This document shows positions 1-15,723 of a DNA stretch of 64,000 nucleotides, one piece after another. A program made the translations under genes and the position numbers. The stretch covers positions 55,924,001 to 55,988,000 of the forward strand of contig NC_043007.1 in the NCBI RefSeq assembly GCF_006345805.1, read 5' to 3'. The number at the start of each line of letters is the position of its first letter. Within the stretch, counting starts at the first letter, position 1. The notes beneath the pieces were generated by a model. It worked only from the letters and a program-made list of their open reading frames with translations, searched no databases and was not told the origin of the DNA. The DNA comes from Octopus sinensis (Eukaryota).

Positions 1-121
1 TTAACTTTCGAGAGTTCGCTAAGTGTACGAAACATACGTTTACTCTTACCCGTTAGGTCGATGACTAACTGTGGCTAATAAAAGTAGATCAAGGTCACCA
101 ATATACAGCACTATTGTATTT

Positions 122-330
122 CAATATGTGACTGCGTGTGTATCGTTGGTGATTTTCTTTCTCCGTCTTCCCTTCTTTGGACTTTTTCTATATTTCTGAT
201 GAAGAGCTCCGCTCGAAACGTGAAACCCTCTTTCTTTTCTTTCCTTTCCTGAGCGTCCAATAACACGGTACTTATTGCACGTCCTCGCGTTGTTGTTTTT
301 TCTTGCTTGTTCATGTTTGGATTGACTATT
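122..330 (+). mobile_element. Penelope-type pseudo-LTR-like ~210-bp element, copy 1, with minimal hammerhead core
   Basis: Aligns by eye to 24885-25085 (-) and 57090-57307 (+); all end ...tttggat(t/a)(g/a)ac(t/c). Core at 193-225: ttt-CTGATGA-a-GAGC-tcc-GCTC-GAAAC-GTG-aaa. Confidence 0.7.
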
Positions 331-1839
331 GTATCGGTTACATTTGCGCAAAACTCCGACCTATTCTTTTGAAAAAAAAAGTAATGGTTATGCAGTCTTT
401 TCTGCCATCAATAAGAGAAAACGTGCATCACCTTCATCAGAAGATGGTGAAGCACGTTTGTCTGCAAAAGTGCTTGCCTATAAAACTTTTCATGAACTGG
501 CCTGTGTCATCTGATAAGGATGCTTAGTTAAACATATGCAACAAAATGTCAAATATTTTGTTCTAAAACTTCTGCTGAAAATACTGTAAACTGCCTGTTT
601 GTCAAATCTCAGCATCATTAATCACGTTCTCCGTTCGACCATGTTCTCCGTTCGATCATGTTCTTCGTTATCTCCAATAGAACTTTAAATTAGACTTCCA
701 CCAGTTGCGTAATCAGTCAGTAGTACTGAAGCAACACAATGACAACATGTGAATTGCCGGTACATTATTAGTTTGGACATTCGCACGAACTAATTCTGAA
801 AACATTGTATGTGATTTAGTTGGGTCTACCCTTACCTTTAAAAATAGTGATCTTATAGGATTCGAGTTAAAAGTAAACACAGAGGATATAGCAAACCTCT
901 GCTGGAGACATTCCTCTTCATGCGTGAAGGTTTTTGTACCACTGACTTGTTAGCTCTACCGTACTAAATTGACATTGACCACGTGCTGTGTCAGTCTTAA
1001 TACTCGCTTTCGCCAGCTGAATGGACTGAAGCAACATGAAATGCATTGTCTAAGGGCAGAACGTGACTCCAGGACCAGGAATCGAACGGGAGCTCACTTG
1101 CCTAATCGTAGCTCGTACTAAACAGGTTCTGTAAGTTTTGATTCTCATAGGAAGTCATTTTACTTCACACATCATAGTGATGCTTTTTCGGAATAGACAT
1201 GAACGTCATAGAATCCTATTTCTCTTCGCCTAAACATGTAACTCATTTTTGATGGTAGAATAGATAAATGTTGTTCAGAAGGTTTTACCGTATTCAGTTT
1301 GCTGCTGTAATTACTGAGTTGACATCCACTCGAAGGCGACTTTGTAATGAAGTCCTTCTAGGTTGAATGAAACAAAGTACCATTTACGTACACCAGTACA
1401 TAAATGGTACTTGTTTCATATTTTATTCCGCTCTTAAATTATCAGGCCTTGTGCCTATGTTAAAAATCAGTATTCTAATGAGAAATTTCACAAAATTTCA
1501 CATTTTTATTTCTTCGTTTTACTTCATTTCTCTTGTGATGTCCATATCTTCCCATCCTTGTTTGTTTGTTTATTTATTCCAGTATTTATTTATTTCAATA
1601 TTTTTCCATTACATTTTGTCTCTTTTTGTAATGATTTTTGTCAGACAAATAGATTTCACAATTGATCGTGTCAAAATTAGATCTTTTCCTACATACATTT
1701 CTTCTTTCTTTCTTTTTATTTCAGTCTTTTCCTTTCCCTTTCTTTCTTTCTTTTTATTTATTTATTCGTTTATTTTTTGCTAAGACTTGTTGCGAGTTTT
1801 CTTCCAGCCAATACACAAGACATGCTTACCACACACACT

Positions 1840-1915
<76 letters not shown>

Positions 1916-2243
1916 ATGTATGTATGTATGTATGTATGAGAGTATATTTGTGCATGTATCTCAATGTTTTTTTTTCGTAATGCCTTTTGTTACAAGAACA
2001 TTAATTCTGGGAATGCATTTCGGTGCCATATATCTTCGGCACCGAACTTGCAACTAATACAATATAATGAAAACAAAGGCTGGCCTTTTCTTTCTATCCT
2101 TTTTCTGTTACATTTTGTAAAAAAGAGGTAAAGCAATAAAAATAAAAATAAATGTTAAAATAAAAAGTAATGAAATTTAATTGAAGCATTAAAATAGGAA
2201 GAAATTTAACTAGATTTCCATCCTCTTATTTGTTTAAATTTGA

Positions 2244-2275
<32 letters not shown>

Positions 2276-2402
2276 TTATTTATTTATTTTTTTTTTTGTA
2301 AAGGCACCTACTGAGTAATAGAGAGTCAATAACATTACGTCTTGCTTCATGGGACTTGGGCCTTTTACTTCCAAATGTGTAATTTTTAGAAATATATCTA
2401 TA

Positions 2403-2567
2403 TGAGGGGGTACTGAAACGTTCCTGGCTTTCAGGGTACGACGAAAGGCCAGGTTAGAGGACCAAACCTTACGGGGCTTAGAAAAACTGAAGGATCACTG
2501 CAATAAGTAAATGATCTTCCTGTATATTTTCTTTTACCCAAAGCCAGAACTTTTCAGCACACCACCG
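2403..2567. mobile_element. mariner-type MITE (165 bp)
   Basis: TA on both flanks. Imperfect ~29-bp TIRs: TGAGGGGGTACTGAAACGTTCCTGGCTTT vs revcomp CGGTGGTGTGCTGAAAAGTTCTGGCTTT. Confidence 0.7.
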
Positions 2568-2689
2568 TAAATAAAGAAATTAGAAACCATTCATAAAATT
2601 GTCATGTGGGGAATGCACATAATCCAGTTATTTAATTAGCTGCTCTACAATGATAGAGAAAACGATTTGTGGAGTATAGCCGCGTGCAT

Positions 2690-3180
2690 TTAAATTCTGA
2701 GCTCAACTCCCAACGAAGTCGACTTTGCTTTCGCCCCTCCGACGTTAAAAAAGTAAAGTACCAGTCATTTATTAGGGTCCATATATTCGACCCCTCCCAC
2801 CAAATTGCTTGTTTTGTGTTTATATCAGAAATTATTAAAAGCAGTAGAGTGGCAGAATCGTTAGCGCTTCAATTTTTTGTGTTCAAGTCCTGCCGAGGTG
2901 AATTTTACTTTCATACTTCCTAGGTCAATAAAAATAAATTAAACGACTAACGTCTAACTTCTCCTCTTACATTTCTGATCTTATGTCAGTATTAGAAACA
3001 GGCGAACTGGCAGAACCGTTTAATACCTTATGATAATTGTTCCGGCTTTCTACGTTCTGAATTCAAGACTTTCCACTGTCAACATTGCTTTTTATCTTTC
3101 CACGTTCGATAAAATAAGGTGTCAAGCACTAGAGTCGATTTAATCAGTAAACACCTTCTCCCAAATGTCAAGCCTTGTGT
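2690..3180 (+). mobile_element. cluster of three decayed tRNA-derived SINE copies (family A, Meta/MESC-like core)
   Basis: Heads ggcagaatcgttag (~2850) and ggcgaactggcagaaccgtt (3001); core variants of gtcgactttgcctttcatcc...gataaaataag. Confidence 0.7.
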
Positions 3181-3920
3181 CTCCTGCTGAATGTAGAGTT
3201 TAAGATTTTGGCCAAAATGTCAGCAATGAGGTTGGCCTTTGTCATGGTTGGTTTGGTCGGAAAAGCGCAAATGTGTACGAATTTCAACAGATCCATTGCG
3301 ACGACCAATATCTCATGCGTTACATTACAGTGAGGATGGGAAAGAGGCTGTGTGAAAACCTCCGCTTCATGCATTGCATCACACAAGGGATGGAAAACAG
3401 TCAAATTCTTCCTTTAGTGTTAACCATCGCTACTTGACAGCAGCGCAAAAAGCCAGTTTCAGACCTGTTTTCATGCGCTAGATAGCAATGCAAATTGGAA
3501 CTTACACATTGCCCAATTTGAATGGCCACTTCTCGAAACCATTTCATATCACGTGCTCGATCAGTCGGGTGTCACCTTTCTCGTCTCTTTTATATGTGCT
3601 GGCTCCCGACCCTTTACTTTGGAAGCTAGAGTGGGGTTATGTCGGAGCATGCAACTGACGTTACAGTAATTGTATCAGTCACTACAAAAGTGGACATAGT
3701 CGGCACCCTCATCGATGATATGAACAAAAGTAAATCCGGGTAAGTTGGTGAGTTTTCAGCTTGGCAACGGGAGAGACAACTATATGCCTCGAACAACATT
3801 GTAGATCGCTGGACAGACGCACCGGTTAAAGTGTTTGGTGTCTAATTCGGTACGGATATGCAGGTGGACGGGAAATGGGATGAGATTCCAAGCAGAGTGG
3901 CTAGCCTCATCCAAATATGT
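3181..3920 (+). pseudogene. degenerate L1/Tx1-clade LINE reverse-transcriptase fragment
   Basis: Manual translation across frameshifts: LLLNVEFKILAKMSAMRLA; VNHRYLTAA; NLNGHFSKPFHITCSI; LLYVLAPDPLLWKLE; HATDVTVIVS (decayed YADD at 3648). Confidence 0.85.
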
Positions 3921-4217
3921 TCTCTTTATATCTTCAAATTGACTTTAAAATAATAACTTCGAATTAAAGATTATGATTTCAAAATCTGAAGAAAATAGCA
4001 TTTTCCTACGAGTTATGATAACCATTTAAAACACAATTACATAATTCTATTAATATTTGGTTTAAGTATACGTCATAGATGTATGAAGAAGTATTTGTCA
4101 AAAATAGAATTTAACAGTATATACTTGTTGTAATAATTATTTTCACTCTTACCTGCTGTAATATGTAATCTATTTTCATTTACTAACATATATATATTTT
4201 TTTTTATTTTATTCTAG

Positions 4218-4556
4218 ATCATGTGCTTCATTGCCATTTCCGTGGTTTCTTTGGTGACTGCTGTTGTCAGCATCCAATTGCTACGTCTTGGACTGGTCAG
4301 TCATACAACGGATGGACATACTTTCCAAAAAGAAAAGAAGGATATTCTGATTCTGATAGCTCTTGGTGGAGCCGGATTCGAGGGTTTAGTTTGCTTATTG
4401 TGTATCTTGTTTGGTTGTAAGTTGTCCAAGGTAACCAAAGAAGAACTGTCTAAAAAACGGGAAGGAATGTTTCACGTGAAAGTTCTAGGACAAAAAGATA
4501 TAGTGGTGGTGTCTCAAACGAAGACTGAAGCCTATAATAACACAACAGCATTGTGA
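4218..4556 (+). CDS. 3'-terminal coding exon of an uncharacterised multi-pass membrane protein (two TM helices plus basic C-terminal tail; CD20/MS4A- or TMEM196-like topology is a guess)
   Basis: Polypyrimidine tract and AG at 4216-4217, phase 0. Open frame IMCFIAISVVSLVTAVVSIQLLRLGL...DILILIALGGAGFEGLVCLLCILFGCKLSK...NNTTAL*. Non-repetitive, coding-like composition. AATAAA at 4609 and 4628. Upstream exons not found in the window. Confidence 0.75.
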   Translation: MMCFIAISVVSLVTAVVSIQLLRLGLVSHTTDGHTFQKEKKDILILIALGGAGFEGLVCLLCILFGCKLSKVTKEELSKKREGMFHVKVLGQKDIVVVSQTKTEAYNNTTAL

Positions 4557-5072
4557 TGTTAAAATGATCCTAAATTCAAAGAAGAAAAAATATTAAAAAA
4601 AAAATTACAATAAACTTAGTTTCAGAAAATAAAAATGTGACACAGACTATTGTCAGAACTATGAATGCTAGCTCAAGCAAAATAATAAAAATGGTGAGAT
4701 ATTCATAATTCTGACGTTAGTCGTCGAAAATTATTAAATTATAGTTATGGATTAAGAACTGATATATATATATATATATATATACATATATACATATATA
4801 CATATATACATATATATATGTATATGTCTATATATATATATATATGCATTTATATATGCAGATACATTTAATGCATACATGTATAGATGTATGGATGCAT
4901 ATATATAAACATGTAGGTGTTTATACATATAAATATATATGCATAGACGCATACATATATATACTCAAACATACAGACACATATACATATACGGGCATAT
5001 ATATGTATGTACATATATGTTTGTGTGTGTATGCATGTGTATGCATGTATGTATGTATTTATATATGTATGC

Positions 5073-5134
<62 letters not shown>

Positions 5135-6720
5135 GTGTATGTGTGCGTGCAAAGTGTTAACAGAGGGATTACTTTTAAAAACTGATAAAATGAGAAGTTA
5201 AATTTCAAAACATTAAAAAGCATACACAAAAAATCAAATCAAATGAAACTCTACTGATATACAGATGAAAATTCATGAACTGCTCCTGAAATTCTAAAAT
5301 TATTTCTCGCCAAGGGGAGGAGGGTGAGAAAATATTTTCGGTTATTTTGTAACTTATTATTTTAAAAAACGTTTAAATTCTTTTCAAATTTAAATGTTTT
5401 ATTTACAATAATCATTTTTTATTGTGTTGTTGCTTTTATATGCTATATTGCGCGTGTGTATGTGTGTGTATTTATATGTTTGTGTATACGAGTATATATA
5501 TATATAAATCAATATCTAAATATCTATTTGTCTACCTGTATACATACATGTATGCACACCACACACGCACACACACATATATATACACACGCAACCCCCA
5601 CACATATATACACACACACATATCGTCAAACAACGTTTTACTGGTTATAGCACATAACTGATTGGAGTGTTACAATCAGTTTCAGGCCGAATATTGCCAT
5701 GAGACAATATTGACGATTCTTCAAACATGCTGGCCGGAAGCACGTAGCCTCTTTTATACTGGAGGAGCACAGACTCTATGTTGTTTCGATGATGTCATAA
5801 GGGTGTAACGAAATATTGCGAAAAAATAGTTTTGGAGAAAAATTATTTTGCTGAGAAATGAGAGTGTTATTTTCAAATTCGTGCTCATGAGAGCAGCTAC
5901 AGAAATTTCAAAAATTCCACAATATCGCCTTTCGAGTCCAGGAAAGCCCCTGGATAGTGTGAATTTTTAAAGAATGATTCTCTTGTCCTTTTCATTATCT
6001 TAATGGAAGTAAGAGATGCAGACTCTGCTTGGCAAAGAAGAGAATCCTTCTAAATAGTTCACACGATCCAGGTGCTTTACCGAGCTTAAAAGCGAAATTT
6101 TCGAATGCTACCCCCATGAGCGTAAATTCGTTTTTGCCATTTAGTCATATCCGTTTTTTACACTAAAGAACGATATACACACAGCTTACACATTTCACTC
6201 ACGGCTAATACCAATCGATGAGGAATAACTCTTTTTTCTCCCATAGAGCATGATTCTCCCCAAAGTATCTTTTCACATTTCGTTCCACCCTTTTGCACCA
6301 CCGATTATATAAAAATACAGATTATATCAAAATATTATTATCATCGATTATATAAAATTACCGCTGTATTTCTTTTATTGACAATGCTTTTATTTCCGAC
6401 ATAAGGAAAACTAAATCATTATATGTACATATATACAAACATACATAAAAACATACATACACATACGCGCGCACACATGAGTATATAGTGAAATCAACCG
6501 ATTAAACATAAAGTATATGCATATTACGTAATTTAAACGAGACACAACACAAATATGAATACTTGATATATAGTCCATGTATGCATTTACCAAATTTTCG
6601 ACGTCAATTACAAAAATCACCTTTACATTTACATCGACAACCACACACATTCCACATACACACACACACACACACACATACATACATATATATATGTATA
6701 CACCATGGGCATATATATTT

Positions 6721-6755
<35 letters not shown>

Positions 6756-6831
6756 TATGATAAAAGATATTTATAAGATATATTTTACCTTGATCTATGT
6801 CTATCTCTTTATTTCTCCCCCGCATTTCTCC

Positions 6832-6885
<54 letters not shown>

Positions 6886-6918
6886 ATATATATATATATA
6901 TACCATATATATATATAT

Positions 6919-6950
<32 letters not shown>

Positions 6951-7410
6951 GGACATATACATATCTAACAAATATGTTTTTCTTTGATTATATACATCTA
7001 TGTCTACATGAATGTATGCATAAGTGTATGTATATATGAATACATACATCTTTCAAAATGAATCTCTGTCTCGAGTTTATGTGTTGTTCTATGCATTGTA
7101 TATCTCTTCAACTTCAATCAATGCTTTAATAGAATCAGTCCGAAATTCAGTATATTTGAAGAGCATCATATATTTCGTTTGTCCGATATCGATGAGGCTA
7201 GTACCGTTGCCATGGTTGATAGATATGGTTCTTATACGTCTGGACATGTGCTTGCGTATACATATTTATATGGATATTGTAATTTAAAAAATTTTCCCTT
7301 TTTTTTTCATGTAAGTTTATTTATTTCGTATATATCAAAGTGCATATATATATATATATATATATATATTCTTTTCCTCTCGCTCTCACTCTCTCTCCCT
7401 CTTTATGTGT

Positions 7411-7469
<59 letters not shown>

Positions 7470-7622
7470 TATGTGAGTGTGTGCATACATGCTTGTGTGT
7501 TTACACAAGACGCTATAATTTTACGCATGTGAACTTCTTTCTAAACTTGCATAAACCTGAGTATGTGTGTGCGTGAATGCGTTCGAGAGAGGGAGAAAGA
7601 GAAGAATAAGAGAGAGAGAGAA

Positions 7623-7682
<60 letters not shown>

Positions 7683-7772
7683 TGTCTATTAATTAATATG
7701 TGTTAAGAACCTTATGTTCACACATATATGCAAATAATAGTGTGAACTGTATACACACAGAAATATAACCTG

Positions 7773-7821
<49 letters not shown>

Positions 7822-7967
7822 TGCGTGGTAAGTATTTTGCTTACCAACCACATGGTTCCGGATTCAGTCCCACTGCGTGGCACCTTGGGCAAGTGTCTTC
7901 TACTGTAGCCTCGTGTCGACCAAAGCCTTGTGAGTGGATTTGGTAGACGGTAATTGAAAGACCGTCG

Positions 7968-8005
<38 letters not shown>

Positions 8006-8212
8006 TGTGTGTGTGCGTGTGTCCTCACCATCGCTTGACAACCAATGTTGATGTGTTTACGACTCCGTGATTTAGTGGTTCGGCAAAAGGGACCGCTAGA
8101 ATAAGTACTAGGCTCACAAAGAATAAATCCTGGGTCGATTTGCTCAACTAAAGGTGGTGCTCCAGCATAGCCGCAGTAAGATGACTAAAACAAATAAAAG
8201 AATAAAAGAATA
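7822..8212 (+). mobile_element. tRNA-derived SINE family B (CORE/OR2-like)
   Basis: gtggtaag A-box, ggattcagtccc B-box-like, ccttgggcaagtgtcttctac core, internal (TA)n/(TG)n, 3' aaaagaataaaagaa; matches 17554 and 31911 copies. Confidence 0.85.
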
Positions 8213-8403
8213 CATGTTTGTTTATACACACACGTGCGCGCGCGCGTGCACACACACACACACACACACACACTTTTGTACAATCATGCATATAATTGCT
8301 TTAACTAGTGTGCTAATGTGTGTGTATGTGTGCGTGCGTGCATGTGTGCATCATCATCATCGTCATGATCATCATTGAACGTTTGAATTCCATTCTATTA
8401 TGG

Positions 8404-8500
8404 GTTAGATGTCCTTCCTAACGCTAACTGCTTTACAGAGTTTGCTGGGTGCCTTCTTTCGTAGCACCGGCACTAGTGAAGTCACTAGTACACGACACAA
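8404..8500 (-). mobile_element. fragment of SINE/RTE-tail family C
   Basis: Revcomp of the gttggcgttaggaagggcatc motif seen at 28650, 29055 and 29640. Confidence 0.6.
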
Positions 8501-8529
8501 TCCCTCGAATGAGTGGCGATGCATTATTG

Positions 8530-11000
<2,471 letters not shown>

Positions 11001-12007
11001 AAATTTAGGCAGACTTCTCTTGTACATTATCAAATATACAAATATTAATATTACTGTTACTGAACTGCCATTTCTCCAGATACTCAAACATTCAGGGTAA
11101 AATAAATAAACAGATGGATTACAAACTTTAGTTGTTGGGGTGGGGACATCGTGTATGTCTAACATTATGATAGTGGTGATGGGGATGGTGAAAGTGGGTG
11201 GGAAAATAGAGAAAGTCTTTAAGTATCTAAAAGATTAATGAAAGTCTTATTTTGAACTTGAAAATGTTTGAAAATTTTACTAAAAGCAATACAATGCTTA
11301 AATATGTATATATTACAAGAATATTAATGCATGCTGAAAGGAAAACTATAATATTGGTTACAAACGAGATATGAATGAGAATGATAAATATATCAAGCGA
11401 TTATATTACATACTTAAAGAAAAAGTAAAGCAATTATTACAACTTAGCCTCATTATTATTCGTACGTCCCAACAGCAAATGTATGTATATGGATGTGTGT
11501 ATGTATATGTAAAACTGACAGTGAATGCATGTGTATGGATATGTAAAATTACACTTTCTCTGGCACAGCATTCACAAATATATGCCTACTTTCAAGTTAT
11601 CTCCACATAATTTGCACTTGAAGACATTCTATCTTCAGCTGTTGTTTGGAGATAACCATGGTATCAATAGTTAGAGATACCTTCACTATCTTCAGTTACC
11701 TCCACTGCCACTATTTCTATTAAGCTATCAGGGAATATTCTGAAGATCAACACCTGACTGTAGCTTCTACCAATCTGCCCTATTTCCACCACTATACATG
11801 CATGTGGTATGTGTGCGGTGTATCTACATACATATATAGTGTATAAGAAGTGTATCCACTTATAAAAATAATTCTGCCTTGAAGTTACTCCTATCTAAAC
11901 CAAGCTAACATTGAGAAGTATATGTTACATGAAAAACACAAATTAATCATTTCATTATTTGCCAACACCGAGCTGTGAATGCATGCAACAAAAATAAGAT
12001 TTCTGAA

Positions 12008-12052
<45 letters not shown>

Positions 12053-12899
12053 AAAACTGTTGTTGTATATCTAAAAACCAATATCATCAACAATAATTTA
12101 GCTAAAACATACACCGGTTTCTGCCTGAAGATGATTGCATTGAAACTGACATGTTGACATGCTGTATTAGGTAGAAATAATGTTGATGGAAGTGGGGAGA
12201 GGCTGAAGCTGATAGTTTTTGCTGTGGTAATAATAGGAATGATGGTTGTATTGATATTTAAGGCACACACTATGAATGTGCAGCTGTTGTTAGTGTTAGA
12301 AGGTAGTACAGTTGCAATTTTGATAATGGTAGCTTATATTGGTCATGGTAGGTTTGGTGCTTGGTGCAGTAAATCTGAGTATTAGAATGGGTGAGAGTGT
12401 GTGTTACAGAGGTGGGGCAGGGTTTACCATTGTGAGTTACAGTATTATGAAGGTGATGATTCTTCACAAGTTCACTGCAGGGTGTTTACTTAATCAAATG
12501 GATATAGCTGATGGAAATTTCATGTGAATCAACATCAAGTAATAGTACTGAATTGCAGCGACAGTGAATATAGTAAACAAACATAAAAAAATTTACCAGT
12601 ACAAAAGAATCAACTTCTTCTACCACCAGTGGTTTGTGCCCTGAGGGTTCATATAAGATTTTATGGGGTTCATGCAAACAAATAGCAAACTGGGAATCCA
12701 CAATAGTGTTTTAAAGGTCCCTGAAAAAATTTTACTTTAGATGTATTTATTGCAAGAAACAGCTAAATTTCTTTCTCAAACATCTTACATAGTTCAACAA
12801 ATACAAATAAATATGGGAAAAACAAAATAGGAAGTTTAAAAGAAGATTTTATAAAACTATTTTTAAAATATTGAATGGCTATGGGGTGGGGGCAGATTC

Positions 12900-12956
12900 C
12901 AACAAAACAATGGTAATCAAAGGAGTCCATAGATAAAAAATGGTTGAGAACCACTG
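12900..12956 (-). mobile_element. one terminus of a hAT/Charlie-like DNA transposon
   Basis: Revcomp CAGTGGTTCTCAACC at 12942-12956 followed by ctctaaat (NTCTAAAN-type target). No matching second end found. Confidence 0.45.
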
Positions 12957-13857
12957 CTCTAAATCTTTGTATGCATTCACACACAAACAAATTAATATAT
13001 ATTCTCTGTTGTTTTCCTTTGTCATGAGGGAAAGACAGTCTCATAACCCTTTATAAGGCCTCCAAGAATTGTGGGAGGGAGGGGACAGTATTTTCAAACT
13101 GGAGAACTGCTTTGAATACTAGCAATACAGGAGACTCTGTGCTGTTAATTGCAATAATGCAAAAGCACACACACATACACACACGTAAATGTAAGTATGT
13201 TTGTCTATTTATCACTCTCTCTCATATACATACATACATATATATAGTTATATATATATATATATATGCAGGCACACATGTACACTTATTCACCATATGC
13301 ACAGACATAAGAACATGGTTCAAATGTTTGTCACCATTTGCTTCCAGATTTGATTGCATTACTCAGGACCTTCGGCAAGGGTCTTCTACTATAGCCTTGC
13401 TTTAATGCACAAAATTTGTTGTTTAAAAGTTCTGTGAAAGCCTATGCGATGTATGTGCATATGTGTTTACATACATATGTATTATGGTATGTAAATAGTA
13501 TGTATGGATTTTATTATGCATGTATGTAAGTATGTATGTAGTTGTGTGTATATATATATATATATATAATTTTAAAATAGGATAAAATCTTTGTAAGAAT
13601 TTATCAAGTAGTTAGTGGGAAAAAACTCATAAGAGAAAAAATCCACCAATTTTTTCACTTGAATACATTTATTTATGTTATATAGAGGGCTTGGAATTCT
13701 TGAAATAACATGTACAAAATATTGGTACAGTTGGTAGTAGGTCAATGTTCATAATGTGGGGTGTATGCAATAGCTACATTGGTTGACTAATCACAATAAC
13801 AAAGATGAGTGAATGAACAATGAGATAAGTGCTATCATATAACTTGATAAATGTTGA

Positions 13858-13947
<90 letters not shown>

Positions 13948-15443
13948 TGTGTGTGTGTATAAATAGAACAGATAAAGAGTAGTGAGGTGGAAGAGAAGAT
14001 ATTTATTCCATTCAATTTACCACTTTTTCATAATCTTGTTTGTTATGAAATATATATTACATGAACATTAACATGCACACACACACACACACACACACGC
14101 ACACACAAACACACACACATGTATATATGAGAGAGAGAGAGATAATATATATATATATATATATGAATAATACTCAAAGTATTCAGTATTATAGATCTAT
14201 TACAACTGATCATATCACTGGGTATTAAACTGAGTGTTAGTGGTTGTTAGATGACAGCACGGTTAAGTAATTTTGCAAGCTCTTCAAAGCTGGAAGCTCT
14301 GAAGAACATGCTGTATTATTTAACTGTGTTTTATCTCTAACATCTGGTTTTAATATCCAGTGTGAATCTGACTAGTAAGATCAGCAGTAACAGATCTATT
14401 ATAATGTATACTTTGATTAATATGTCCACTCTATTAGCAAATATATGAGTGCACATTTTTTCTGACTTATGATTCTTCAACAACTATATATACAAGTGTG
14501 TGTTTGTGTGTGTGTGTGTGTGATAGTGTATTCACTGGTTTCAGTCACTGGACAACAGCAGGTGTCCCGCTGTATTATTTATGAGTACTTAAATGTAACT
14601 ATTTTAAGTCTCTTGTTGGCATTATCATTCCAATTTGCTAATACACTAAGTTACAGAACAAACAACAAACATAATTACAGACACAAACACACACACATAT
14701 GTGCATACAGAGATGTATATGCATACACACATGTACATGTGTGTATGTATGCATATGTGTATGTATGTATGTATGTATGTATGTATGTATGTATGTATAT
14801 ATGTATGTATAGGAAAATGACAGTCATTAGAGTATCAAACAAATATTGTGCTACTTCGTTGCATTCCTTTACATTCTGCCTTCAGGTTCCAATCATATTG
14901 AATCTATTTTTCATCCTCCTGAGGTGAATAAGTTATGTACTTGACAAAGAACTGGATTCAATGTAAACAACTAAAATCCTTTGAAATTCACGCACCATCA
15001 TGGCTGCAATCCAATGAGTGAAATTAGTAAAATAATAAAACAATACACATCTGTGATATCTTTGTTTTACTTGTTATCTGTGCTGCACAGTCTAAAGTTA
15101 GACCAATGGATATACTCATGGCTCTGTTTGTGATTATGATATCTCCTGAGTCCTTCTTTATTTCTCTTCAGTCACTTTTTTCAACCTTGCCCAGATCTTG
15201 ATGTATTTTGTACTTGACCTGCAATAGTAGCGGGGATATTACACTGAGTTACTGAAACAAATATGTGACATTATATCCCTGCTGACATGATGACAATGAT
15301 GATGACGATGATCAAAGGGCTATAATGTCATGTGTAAGCAGGTATCCAAACATGAACCATAACAATAATGAGGAGGATGCACATAATTATTTTACAAGAA
15401 ATAATTGTATTTCTCTCTCTCTCTCTTTCTCTCTCTCTCGCTT

Positions 15444-15474
<31 letters not shown>

Positions 15475-15679
15475 ATATATATATATATGTGGTGTGAGAG
15501 AGAAAGAGAGAGATGAAGAGATCAGTTGCCATATTTCATTCTATATTGGCTACCTCTCATGAGCACAGGGTTACATAATCAGATTGTTACCTAACACTAT
15601 TGAACCCCTAGCATGAAACGAATTGATGAGATCAGCTGTATTGAATATATAATATTTTGGATAATATATAATATTTTGG

Positions 15680-15723
<44 letters not shown>

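Noticed and set aside
419-459. 13-bp imperfect hairpin containing CTGATGA on the minus strand
   Set aside because: No correctly placed GAAA/NUH; not a hammerhead, and the stem alone is unremarkable.
627-664. 17-bp tandem duplication ttctccgttcga(c/t)catg
   Set aside because: Ordinary slippage duplication.
1367-1783. 138-aa hydrophobic ORF
   Set aside because: Product of T-rich low-complexity sequence (F/I/S/L-rich); no splice or homology support.
3168-3404. Minus ORF superficially like an integrase
   Set aside because: Antisense shadow of the + strand L1/Tx1 RT fragment.
7106-7265. 52-aa minus ORF MSRRIRT...EEIYNA
   Set aside because: Short, weak acceptor, no recognisable family; not distinguishable from chance.
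4752-8378. Numerous Y/I/H/T/C/V-rich ORFs (and all similar ones through 56.9 kb)
   Set aside because: Translations of (TA)n, (CA)n and (TG)n microsatellites.
15060-15218. Minus-strand exon-like segment with an in-frame TGA (possible selenocysteine)
   Set aside because: Context matches no selenoprotein motif I know and no SECIS was seen.
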